Assembly: GCA_002189035.1 (NCBI GenBank)
Contig: CM007991.1
Location: forward strand, 62,001 to 126,000
DNA length: 64,000 nt
DNA from: Utricularia gibba
Taxonomy: Eukaryota; Plantae; Magnoliophyta
Direction: 5' to 3'
Shown: positions 12,204 to 23,606 of the stretch, piece by piece
How positions within the stretch are numbered: the first letter of the stretch is position 1
Layout of the letters: each line of letters begins with the position of its first letter
Notes under the pieces: generated by a model
Told to the model about the DNA's origin: nothing
Databases searched by the model: none
What the model saw: the letters and a program-made list of their open reading frames with translations, nothing else
Translations under genes and position numbers: made by a program

Positions 12204-13908
12204 ATGTCTCCGGTAGGACTCCCGCCCGGCTTCCGCTTCCATCCTACCGATGAAGAGCTGGTGAACTACTATCTCAAGAGGAAGATCCATGGCCTTGAGA
12301 TTGAGCTCGACATTATTCCTGAAGTTGATCTATACAAATGTGAGCCTTGGGAGCTCGTTGGTGAGTACAAATTTTAAATCATAGAATGTTGATCTTGATC
12401 AAGGTTTTCTTTTTCATATCTGATCATAAAGGTGACCCCAAGTGTCTTGTTGTAGAGAAATCGTTCTTGCCTAGCAAGGATCCGGAGTGGTACTTTTTCG
12501 GGCCAAGGGACCGGAAGTACCCGAACGGATTCAGGACAAACCGAGCGACCCGAGCAGGATACTGGAAATCCACAGGGAAGGATAGGAAAGTGACGAGCCA
12601 GAGGAGGGCGATCGGCATGAAAAAAACTCTTGTTTACTACAGAGGAAGAGCGCCCCAGGGAATAAGAACTGACTGGGTCATGCATGAGTATCGTCTCGAT
12701 GACAAGGGATCGGATGAAGCTTCCGGGATCCAGGTAGCCGCCAGTGTGCTTAAACTAATCAAACAAGTAGCATCTTCATATTAACCAAATATCTCTTTTT
12801 TTGTCCATTCTTTGTTCAAGTAAGAAGATTATTACAAGTATGGATTACTCCTCGTGCTGTTCCTTTTTTTGTCGATATCCAGCCTGTTCTTCGCTAGGGT
12901 TTTTACTATACAAATAGGTCTTCGGTTTTACGAAGAGTAAGAACCCTACTATCTGTGTTTTCTTGTGACTGAAACAACTTCATAGATGCCACCATTTGGC
13001 TCTAAAAGTCCCATTTTCAGGAAACCCTGTTTTTTCTTTTTTCGAATGGTGGATGAAAAGAAAAAGACAACATGGGTTTTTCTCTAAATTTTCACACTCT
13101 TTTTTTCTCACTTGCTTCAAAGTATTGGTATAAAAGAGGAGGATCACTGAGCTTTTAACATGTGCCCTCCTGCCCTAATTCATTTTCATTTTGTGATCCT
13201 TTCTCGCTTGGAAATAACTGGAGAATTTATTACAACAAGATGCGACGAATTTGCCTGCCATGAAAACCCTGAAAGAGGGAAGCATGATTCTTTTCTTGTA
13301 GAACCATTTCTCAAATATGTCTTGAGTGACAAAGCAGGGTTTCACTTTGCCTTTGAAAGAACCAGACAAAAAGCATGATCCTTCCACATGACTGAATCAT
13401 CTGATCTGATCTAGTTCAACCATCAATTTCTCCAGTCTTCCTTCCGCTTTCCATGCTTATCGTTTTCTTTTTCGATGTGATAGTCTTTAGATAAGCGTTG
13501 GGCTGCTTTTTTCCTACCAGATTGCAACGCAGTACGTATCAGGGGAAAAAAAAAAGAGAAGGCATTGGTCTTGTTTTTCGTGTCCAAAGAGTTTTAACAG
13601 AATGCTGGTGTTTGCTTCTGCAGGAGTCGTACGCATTATGCCGTGTTTTAAAGAAGAACTGGCTAAGCACGGAGGTAGAAGGTCAAGGTCAGTCCAGCAA
13701 CCTGCTGTTGCTTGATCTCACGCCGACGGAGAGCGAGACGCTGTCGCCGGAACTTCCCATGGCATCATCATCATCAAACATTGGGAACATGGAGGAAGAA
13801 GACGGAAATGGCAAGGAGGATGATGAGGATGAGTCATGGATGCAGTTCATCAGGGATGGTGTGTGTTGTGGTGATGAGCTCTCGCAGATGGTCTTCACCA
13901 ACAACTAA
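12204..13908 (+). CDS. NAC057: NAC transcription factor, ANAC057-like; exons 12204-12360, 12456-12733, 13624-13908
   Basis: [27 protein letters not shown]...[44 protein letters not shown]...[11 protein letters not shown]...[12 protein letters not shown] and a short acidic tail with ESWMQFI. Orthologue name is from recall. Confidence 0.9.
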
Positions 13909-15233
13909 ATTAAAGATTGCAACATATATATATATTTATACATTATTTCTTTCTCTGCAGATTTTAAAGAGGTGCCACATGGGCTAAATAGTAAATAGTG
14001 GTGAGAGAGTTATCATACTTGAAATCTACTGTTGTTTTAAATACTTTCAACCATTAAAATAATATTTTAAAACAATCTTGTAAATAATTTTACACACTAA
14101 TGTTATAACAAATTCATTTGATTCTAATGAGTTTTATTCTTTGGCTATTAATTATACGTTTTTTTACCATTAAAGGGTTATTATGCTAATTTCCTGAAAA
14201 TGTCAATACAAAAATAAATGAAATACCACATGATATTTAATGAATAAAAAGTGATGGTATGTAAATACTATGGGCATGGCTGGCTTCGTCAGAAAATGTA
14301 ATCTTGTTGATAATATGTACAGTAAATATTTTAAATAATTGTTTACAAAATTAAATACGAATCTATACCCATGCAATAAATAAAAATATATAATATGACT
14401 ATCAATGATATCGTTAATTTACATATCAATAAATAATGCAATACTTAGCAATATACATTTTTAATTTATATACCAATAAGACATACAAGATTTTATAATA
14501 TAAAGTATTTAAAGAAAAATTTAAAAAAATAACCAATACATTGATTATTGGTATGTAAATTGACAATTTAACAGTTACGTCTTAAAAAACATACCCCTAA
14601 ATGCTGCATGAGCCATGTGTATCGGCCACCAATTATAACAATTTACATATATTTTTCGTATGACTTTTCAGGAATCATTACATGCAAATGCATTAGTCAT
14701 AACATTAAACGATGTGTATTGTAAATAGGTACAATTCCGTTAATAACAATAATTAATTTTATTTTATCGATAAGTTGTGTATGACTATTATTATTATTAT
14801 TATTATATTGGTGAAAATGACATGTATTGATATTTATTTTTTAAAATTTACGTATTTATTTTTAATAAAAATATAAAAAGAAGGTAAATATTAATTAATG
14901 TTGAAATATAATTAAGATGAATATTTTTGTAATTGGTTGAGGGGAGTGGGTAGTTTTGTAACTTGAAAGAATTGGAGTGGGAAGTTTGAGAATAAGATTT
15001 GTTTGGGTCGGTTACAGTTCCCGAAGCCAGCCAGGCTGGGGCTGGGCTGGGCGACAATTTGAAGTTTGAGGCGTCGGCGCGCTGCGGACCTAGGAGTAGG
15101 AGTAGGATAATCCTTTGACAGTGGATTTTTGGGGCCGGGGGCGGTGGGGTGTGTCCCTAATCATTATACTGACCGGCGGCGGGAGTTTACTGCAGGATAA
15201 TATTTATTAATTAATTAAGAATGGTGGGAGGGA

Positions 15234-15258
15234 GTGAGGTGAGGTGAGGTGAGGTGAG
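15234..15258 (+). repeat. (GTGAG)5 pentanucleotide repeat upstream of the AGO gene
   Basis: Read directly. Confidence 0.85.
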
Positions 15259-15315
15259 GGAGGAGGAGAAACATCGAGCGCCGCCGCCTGGGCTCAAATA
15301 GGCGCGATCGTGGCG

Positions 15316-15503
15316 TGGGATAATTTAGGGATTTCGCGCTTACTGGACCCCACCCCACTTTTGCGTTCGTGAATACTTAGCCGTTACGCTACGCATCCCC
15401 CAGACCTCAGTCAAGAAGGCGCGTGTTTCGTGGGTTGGGATAAATTAGGGATTTCGCACTTACTGCACCCACTTTTTCGTTTATTAATACCTAGCCGTTA
15501 CGC
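15316..15503 (+). repeat. Imperfect direct repeat of ~70 bp (copies ~15316-15389 and ~15436-15503, period 120 bp) in the AGO promoter/leader
   Basis: Both copies read TGGGATAA(T/A)TTAGGGATTTCGC(G/A)CTTACTG(G/C)ACCC...AATAC(T/C)TAGCCGTTACGC. Confidence 0.85.
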
Positions 15504-15808
15504 ATTCTCACCCACAACATCATCGATCAATCCGAGATTAGGGCTTGCTGATCACAGGTAAATCTTGTCGCCAACTACGCTTCTTTCTCGGAAACTGCGT
15601 CTTAACTCGCGCCCTTTCCCTTTTGTTCTCCTGGTTTTTGTTCGCCGGAAGTAAATGATCCCGAGTATGTGTTGTGCCGGTTCTTTCTCTTCTCTTTCTC
15701 ATGGGTGGGGATTTGTCGTCGAATGCGTTTTAACTTTTGGTCTCCCGTTTCGGATAAGTAGTGATCCCGATGTTTCGCTTCATTTTGATATTACGTAGTT
15801 TGTGAACA

Positions 15809-18800
15809 ATGGTGAGGAAGAGGAGGAGTGCTTTGCCTGCAAGTGGTGGATCTGAAGCGCAGGAAGGCAGTGGCGACCGTGCCGATGAACAGCCTCGACA
15901 AATGCAACAGCCGACGCTGCCTCCATCGCAAGGTGGGAGAGGATCGGCTCCTCAGCCTGGAGCATATACTGGGGCTGCTGGTTTAACCGGAAGAGGATTT
16001 GCGCCTCCTGGGCATCAACAAGGGCTGGGTGCTGTGCGTCAGCACGAGGTCCCTAGTGTAGCGGCGGTTTCCGGTGCGCCGGCAAGGACACCGGATCCGG
16101 AGTTGCACCGGTCGACGCATGAAAGGCCTATAGTCGCATCTTCTCATCAACAAGGAGGATCTGTAGAAACTGGGACTTCCGATCAGTTGCACCAACTGTC
16201 TCTGCAACCTCCGTCACAGCCTGCATCAAGCATGTCCATGAGATTTCCATCCAGACCAGGGCTGGGAACTAAAGGTACCAAATGCATGGTGAAGGCTAAC
16301 CATTTCTTCGTTGAGATACCTGATAAAGATCTTCATCACTATGATGTAAGTTTTTTATATTGAGTCGTGCTTCTGTTGTTATTATGATCCATTTGTTGAT
16401 GTACCGTTGGAATGTTGGGAGATATGAATGATACGATTTGCAGGTGACCATAACACCTGAGGTTAAACGTGCAGCCTCTCGGCTAGTTATTGGTGAATTG
16501 GTGAACCGGTACAAGGAATCTAGCTTGGGGAATAGGCTCCCGGTTTATGATGGAAGGAAGAGTCTGTACACTGCTGGGCCCTTGCCCTTTGGGTCAAAGG
16601 AATTTGAGGTTACTTTAGCTGATGAAGATGATGGCCGTAGCAACACCATGAGGTTCGCTTCCATGGACTACTCTTATGTTGAACTATGATTTTTCTTTTC
16701 TCTCATGATACTCTTTGAGTTGAATTCTGTGAGCAGGAGGCAGAGGAAATTCAAGGTTGTTATAAAGTTTGCTGCTCGAGCTGATTTGCACCATTTGAAA
16801 ATGTTCTTGTGTGGAAGACAACCTGATGCACCTCAAGAGGCGTTACAAGTCTTAGACATTGTTTTACGTGAACTTCCCACTTCAAAGCATGTCTCTTTCA
16901 CGCCTTTTCATTACGTTTTCTTCTAGTCTCCACCTTTCTCCTTAACTCTCTTTTTCTCTAGGTATTGCCCTGTTGGTCGTTCCTTCTATTCTCCAAACTT
17001 GGGTAGGAAACTGCCCCTGGGTGGTGGACTTGAAAGCTGGCGTGGCTTTTATCAAAGCATTCGGCCAACTCAGATGGGATTGTCACTGAACATTGGTAAT
17101 CAGTTGGCTTGGTGAATCGGATTAATGAATTGAGCCAAGCCCAAGAGCCTTATTGGTTGTGTTTATGATCATTGTTGATCGTTTTCTTTTTTTCAATAGA
17201 CATGTCATCCTCTGCTTTCATGGAGGCAATCCAAGTAATCGACTTTGTATGCCAACTCTTGAATAAAGATGTTTCGGCAGGGCCGCTTTCTCGTGATGAC
17301 TATAAGGAGGTTTGTTCTGCTGTTTTCTGCAAAAAGAAAAAAAAAAAGAAACTGATTGTTTTCTATAGTTTTCTGATTATTGTCCCTTTGCATCTTTTTC
17401 ATCAGATAAAGAGAGCTCTGAGAAATGTACGAATTGAGGTTACCCACAGAGGGAGCCTGCGGCGGAGGTACCGCATCTTTGGTTTGTCATCACAACCAAC
17501 TAGAGATCTAAGGTTGGCGTTAGAATTATTTCGCAGCAATTCTGTTAGGAGTGTGGATCCAAGTTTAGTACATTTGTGGATATGAGTGTTGTTACATCTT
17601 TGGGATTATCTGGTGATGTTTTTTTGTACGGTGGCTTGTAAAATTTGTCCCTTTCTCTGATTATAAAATTTGTCTCTGGCTTCTCATGCATTCTGTTGTT
17701 CAGGTTCCCTATTGATGAAGGCGGGACAATGAAATCTGTAGTGGAGTACTTTAGTGAGACGTATGGGTTTTCCATACAGCACACTCAATTGCCATGTCTC
17801 CTCGCCGGCAATCCTCAAAGGCCTAGTTTTTTACCGATGGAGGTTTGCAAGTTACTTTGAGATAAGCGTGTTTTTTATGTATGCTATTGCATTATTTTTC
17901 GTTTTTTTCATGCTTAGGTATGTAAGATAGTTGAAGGTCAAAAGTATTCCGCGAGACTAAATCAAAAGCAAGTTACCGCACTGCTGAAGGCCACTTGCCA
18001 ACGCCCTCAGGATAGGGAGAATGACATAATACGGGTTGACATAACTTTTACCTTATTTGACTGCATCTCGTCTTAGAAGCATTATATTTTTCCTGATCTT
18101 CTTAACAGACTTTCAGGCGTAATAATTATGCAAATGATCGTTTTGCTATGGAATTTGGAATAAGAATTAGAGACGAAATGTCCGAGGTGGAAGCTCGTGT
18201 TTTGCCTCCTCCTATGGTAAGCATAACCTCTATTCTTGTTTTTCTAGTTCCAAATCCCATTTTCTTTGTTCTAATTGCGTTACAGCTGAAATACCATGAT
18301 TCTGGCCTAGAAAAGCAATGTCTCCCTGTAGTGGGACAATGGAGTATGGATAATAAGGTATATTTCCAATTTCGTTTGCTTTTAATGCCGTTTAGTCTTG
18401 AATACACGTTCTTCTCAATTTGATTAAAACTTGGGCTGTTGTTCCATCATATGGCGGTTAATTGTCATGTAGAGGATGGTGAATGGTGGGCAGGTGAACA
18501 GTTGGGCCTGTATTAACTTTGCTAGAAACATACCAGCCAATGTTGCACGTAAATTTTGCAGTGAGCTTGCTGCTGTGTGTGCGGCTTCTGGAATGGTTTG
18601 GCAAAACCCTTCTTGTTTTTTTTTTTCCTCAAGTTGGTTTCTTAACTAGATATAATATGGGGTATTTTTTTCAGGTTTTTAATCCCAATCCCATTGTGCC
18701 ACTTGTTACTGCTCGTCCTGATTGTCTAGAAAATGTTTTGAAGTCAACGTCTCATGATGCAATGCAGAAGTTACCACCTGAGAAAAAAGAGCTTGATTTA

Positions 18801-20549
18801 CTGATTGTTTTGCTGGCAGAGAGGGGCTCGTTGTATGGTGAGGTTAATTTCTGTAACTTAAAGCATTGAAGCTCTTAGATGAATGGGTTCATAACTTGTC
18901 CAGGTGATCTGAAGCGGATTTGTGAAACTGAGCTTGGTATCGTGTCACAATGTTGCCTTCAGAAGCATGTATTTGAGATGAAGAATCGGTACTTGGCCAA
19001 TTTGGCTTTGAAGATTAATGTTAAGGTCGGAGGAAGGAATACTGTGCTCTGTGATGCAATTTCAAGACGAATACCTCTTGTCACTGACGTTCCTACTATT
19101 ATTTTTGGTGCTGACGTCACACACCCGAGTCCTGGGAGGATTCCAGCCCATCCATTGCAGCAGTATGTTGTATTTTAAATTCTTTTATCTACATTCTTTT
19201 TTAAGTTTGTTTATACACCTGTTTTTTCTCAAGGTTGTTGCATCTCAAGATTGGCCAGAAGTTTCAAAGTATACTGGTTTAGTATCTGCTCAAACTCATC
19301 GTCAGGAGCTTATCCACGATTTCTATAGAACCTATCAGGATCCTAAGAAGGGGACTTGCCATGGTGGCATGGTAAGGTGAGATGAAATACATGTGATTTT
19401 GATACTCATTTATGTTTCCTTGCTTCCCTTGCTTTTACGGATTTCCTCACCTGATTTGTTTGTTATTTTACAGGGAGCTGCTTGTATCATTCTTCAAAAC
19501 TACCGGGCAAAAACCAAAACGGATTATATTTTATAGGTCAGTTGTCAAAAAGAGGCTGGATTAGAATGCTTTTTAAAGTACATTCGATTGATACCACGTA
19601 TCTGTTTGCCTTGCATCTGTACATTCTCTCTATTTGCAGGGATGGTGTTAGTGAAGGGCAGTTCTCTCAAGTACTGCTCCATGAAGTCGATGCTATACGC
19701 AAGGTAATGTTCAGTTTGAATTTTTCCCGTATTGATGTGGTGAAAAGATGCTAGTTTTATGACACGGTTAATCAACTGCTATCACGTGTGTGTTGTCAGG
19801 CGTGTGCTTCTTTAGAACCTAACTATCAACCGCCTATTACATTTGTTGTGGTTCAAAAGCGGCACCATACTCGCTTGTTTGCTAGCAACCATGGTGACCG
19901 TAGGACTGTTGATCGAAGTGGTAACATCTTACCAGGCACGGTTGTTGATTCAAGGATCTGCCATCCAACCGAGTTTGATTTTTATCTATGTAGCCATTCT
20001 GGCATACAGGTAAAGGTTCTTGACCCGCGTATGCATTTTATGTTGATGGCTGATACGTTTGATTTAATAACAGGGCACTAGTCGCCCTGCCCATTACCAT
20101 GTATTGTGGGATGAAAACAATTTCAGTGCTGATGGCCTTCAACTACTGACTTATAGTCTATGTTACACGTAAGTTCTTGATTGATTGTGCTTGTTTCTTA
20201 TACTTTTGTTTTTCATGTGCCCCACATTGTGTTTGCAGCTACGCGAGGTGCACACGGTCGGTTTCCATCGGTACGTGTAATCATGATCATTCAGTCTTCA
20301 AGCTTTGCATGCTTTTAGGGCGTTGTCTTTAGTTAAGAGTTCTGTTCCCCTCAAACAGTGCCTCCTGCATACTATGCTCATCTAGCTGCATTTCGTGCTC
20401 GCTACTACATGGATCCACAGTCATCAGACAGTGGTTCCATATCCGGCGGACGTGGTGCCAGAAGTTCTAGGGGCCCGGATTTCGATGCTGGTGTGAAGCC
20501 GCTCCCTCAGGTCCGTGAAAATGTGAAGAGGGTTATGTTCTACTGTTGA
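15809..20549 (+). CDS. AGO1: Argonaute, divergent AGO1-clade member, 20 coding exons; one apparent -1 frameshift at 19134-19136 and one GC-AG intron
   Basis: MVRKRR start and Gln/Gly-rich extension; [19 protein letters not shown]; PAZ (VEVTHRG...[12 protein letters not shown]); MID ([30 protein letters not shown]); PIWI with [27 protein letters not shown]; ends VMFYC*. Confidence 0.93.
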
Positions 20550-21741
20550 GGGAGGGGCGTGAAGCGTGAAGTTATCTCAAATAGGTGGTCGGTCTCTGTA
20601 CCTCAGTTGATATATGAACTGAGGTTTTTTGGGCTTGAAGTTTTTTGTGCTTCATACCCCTGCTAGGCCTGGCTAATGGGGTCTGCTTTTTGCTCTTCCC
20701 TTGTGGCTGTGTGCCGCGTTATACCAACTCAACCACGAGTTGGAGTTCATCCGGTTTTTATTTGGTGATGAAAGAAAGAAATATGTATGTTTTTAGGGTG
20801 GTATTTAACAGTGCTTTCCCTGATGGATAACTTGGAGAAATGGGTTTATATTGGTGTGAATTGGGGAGTGTGAAGAAGGCTCCCACGCCACCAATCGACC
20901 AGTGACCCTGCTAATAATCATGGCACCGCACAGCACCATTGCTTTTCTGAAACTCCCCAAAAGGAATCGACATTATCAAGAATCGTGTAAAAGAGAAAGA
21001 GTAAAGTTGAAAACCAAGCGTAGAATAAAGACCCAGAAGACACAGCCAGGCAGCCAGCCCAGCCCCACGCCGAAAAAGCAGGAGGGAAGAAAAATAATAA
21101 ACACCTGTTCTTCTGGGCACTGTAAAACTCTCCTCAACTCATGTTCAGGGTTCTTGTTCACTGAAAGGAGAATGATTAGCGAGTGAGTGTGTTGTCATCA
21201 TAAATGTAAGTAAATGGTTCTTACAACATCTGTGGTCGACTCGGAAGGACACTTGTCCCCTTTCGAATTCCTTTCATAATTCTCTGCTTTTACACTTCTT
21301 CCTTTAGGACCCCTCATCTGCCCCTCTAAGCTAAGTTGCTGCCTCCCTGCATTTCCCAATCAATAGCTGCCTCTGCCTATTCTCTTCCGCGTTTTCCATC
21401 AGGGCGTTGTGTCCCTCATTCAAGTTTCATGCTTAATGCCTGCTAGCTCCATTTTGAGAGGTTTAAGCTTTTTTGCGGTTTTGATCTGTTTGCTGGTTCC
21501 TTGTTGGTCGCTGCTTCATGGGAACTTTTTACGGTTTCTTCTCCGTTTTCACTGACTGGCTGCTTCCTTCAATGAAAAAAGAGGCGCTTCTACCCCCCGA
21601 AATGATGAAAGCTTGTTTTTCGATACCTCCTACTTTAGACATGCATTGCTTCAATTTTATCTTGCCCTTGCAAAGTTTTGTATTTGTGGGCTTGGGTGTG
21701 TGCCAAACGACGGGGACTGAATTTCTGTCTTGTAGGTGTGG

Positions 21742-23384
21742 ATGCTTAAAATGTGGCTTCGAGTTGTCCTGCTATTTTGTGGAGTTATCGCACTTCCAGC
21801 TGCAGGTTCAGCCCTAACAACAAGTCGTGCTTGATTCAAGAGCACATCCTGTGGTTATCTCATTATTGTTGCATTTTGACTGCAGATGGTTTTGTTGGGA
21901 TAAACATCGGGACGGAGGGTTCCAACCTACCTACTCCTTCTGAAGTTGTTGCGATTCTCAATGCTCATCAGATAAGTCATGTCCGTCTGTTCAATGCGGA
22001 TGCTCGAATCCTAACCGCCCTCTCAGACACAGGGGTTGAGGTCATGGTGAGTGTTGCCAATGAGGAAGTTCTTGGGATCGGGGAATTGCCCTCAAGAGCT
22101 GCTGCTTGGATTAGTCGAAACGTAGCAGCTTACTTGCCCTCCACAAATATTACCGCCATTGCTGTAGGCAGTGAGGTCCTTACATCCATCCCACATGTTG
22201 CCCCTGTTCTTGTTTCTGCCATGAACAACTTACACAAAGCGCTTGTAGCATCCAATCTTGCCTCCGCAGTGAAAATTTCGACTCCGCATTCCATGGATGT
22301 TATTCCTTTCCCCTTCCCACCTTCATCAGCCACCTTTAACACATCCTGGAGATCTACCATGTTTCAGATCCTTCAGTTCCTGAGAAATACCGAGTCCTTT
22401 TATATGCTCAACGCTTATCCATACTACGAGTATGTGAAAGGTAAGGGCATATTTCCTCTCGAATACGCCCTTTTCAGAGAACTGCCATCTGCCAGGCAGA
22501 TAGTTGATCCCAATACCCTCTTGCTCTATAATAGCATGTTTGATGCTTTGGTTGATGCTACTTACTACTCTATAGCTGCTCTGAACTTTTCGGGTGTCCC
22601 TGTTGTTGTCACCGAGACGGGGTGGCCTTCATTCGGCGGCGCCAGTGAACCTTATGCTACACCTGAGAATGCCGAGACATACAACAACAACTTGATAAAG
22701 CGAGCAGCCAACGACACCGGACCACCCAGTCAGCCGTCGATTCCTGTCAATGCCTACATCTATGAGCTATTCAATGAGGATCACAGACCTGGTCCTTCCT
22801 CGGAGAGAAACTGGGGGATACTTTTCCCCAACGGCAGCGCTGTGTATGAACTGAGTTTGATTGGACCAGGTGTTGCCTCTGGGAACTCATCATCTGGTTT
22901 CTGTGTGGCGAGGCCGAGTTCCGACGAGGGCTCCTTACGGAAAGGACTGAACTGGGCCTGCGGTCCTGGCCGTGCTGACTGCGCTGCTATTCAGCAAGGG
23001 CATCCTTGCTTCGCCCCGGATACACTGCAGAACCATGCTTCTTACGCATACAATGACTACTTTCAAAAGATGCAGAGCTCCGGAGGAACCTGCGATTTCG
23101 GCGGCACGGCCATGATCACCACCGTTGATCCAAGTAAGCTTCTAAAGTTGCTTCTGATTCAGGATCGATTATAACAATCTCGTTGGCATGATTTGATGTG
23201 TGCAGGCTATGGATCATGTAGATTCAGTGGAGCATCGAACGCCACCAGCACACAGTTATCGTCGCCAGGGATCGGACCGGCGAGATCAGATTCCAGGAGG
23301 TCCAACAATGGTGAGCATTTACTCTGCTTCAACACAGTCATCGCAGCAGTGGTGAATACGGGTTTCCTTTGGATAGCGTGGTAG
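21742..23384 (+). CDS. Glucan endo-1,3-beta-glucosidase (GH17 + X8, probably GPI-anchored); exons 21742-21805, 21886-23132, 23207-23384
   Basis: Signal peptide MLKMWLRVVLLFCGVIALPAA; FVGINIG, AVGSEV, NAYPYY, VTETGWPS, YIYELFNED; X8 FCVAR...LNWACG...HASYAYNDYFQ...CDFGG; hydrophobic C-terminus. Confidence 0.95.
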
Positions 23385-23606
23385 TTCAGTGGCATGGCTC
23401 ACGTTAGCATGGTGCGCATTTTGCAAAAAAGAAAAAAGAAAAAGAAAATCATTGGTTTGGGGCTTTATGCTGATATCGTCGAATTTCATCGGGCTTGGGC
23501 CTGGGGAGCGTACATGGGCCTAGCCAGCCCCATTAGAAATTTCCCGCAATTTAAAGAAAAAATAAACAGAAAATGCATGGGATGCAATCTCACAAGTAAC
23601 AAGAGA

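Noticed and set aside
13157-13177. Partial miR164-complementary sequence in the NAC intron
   Set aside because: Only about 14 of 21 nt match, it is intronic, and this NAC subgroup is not a known miR164 target.
14000-14900. Very AT-rich block between NAC and AGO, a possible MITE or helitron remnant
   Set aside because: I found no terminal inverted repeats, target-site duplication or helitron ends by eye; a repeat-library search would be needed.
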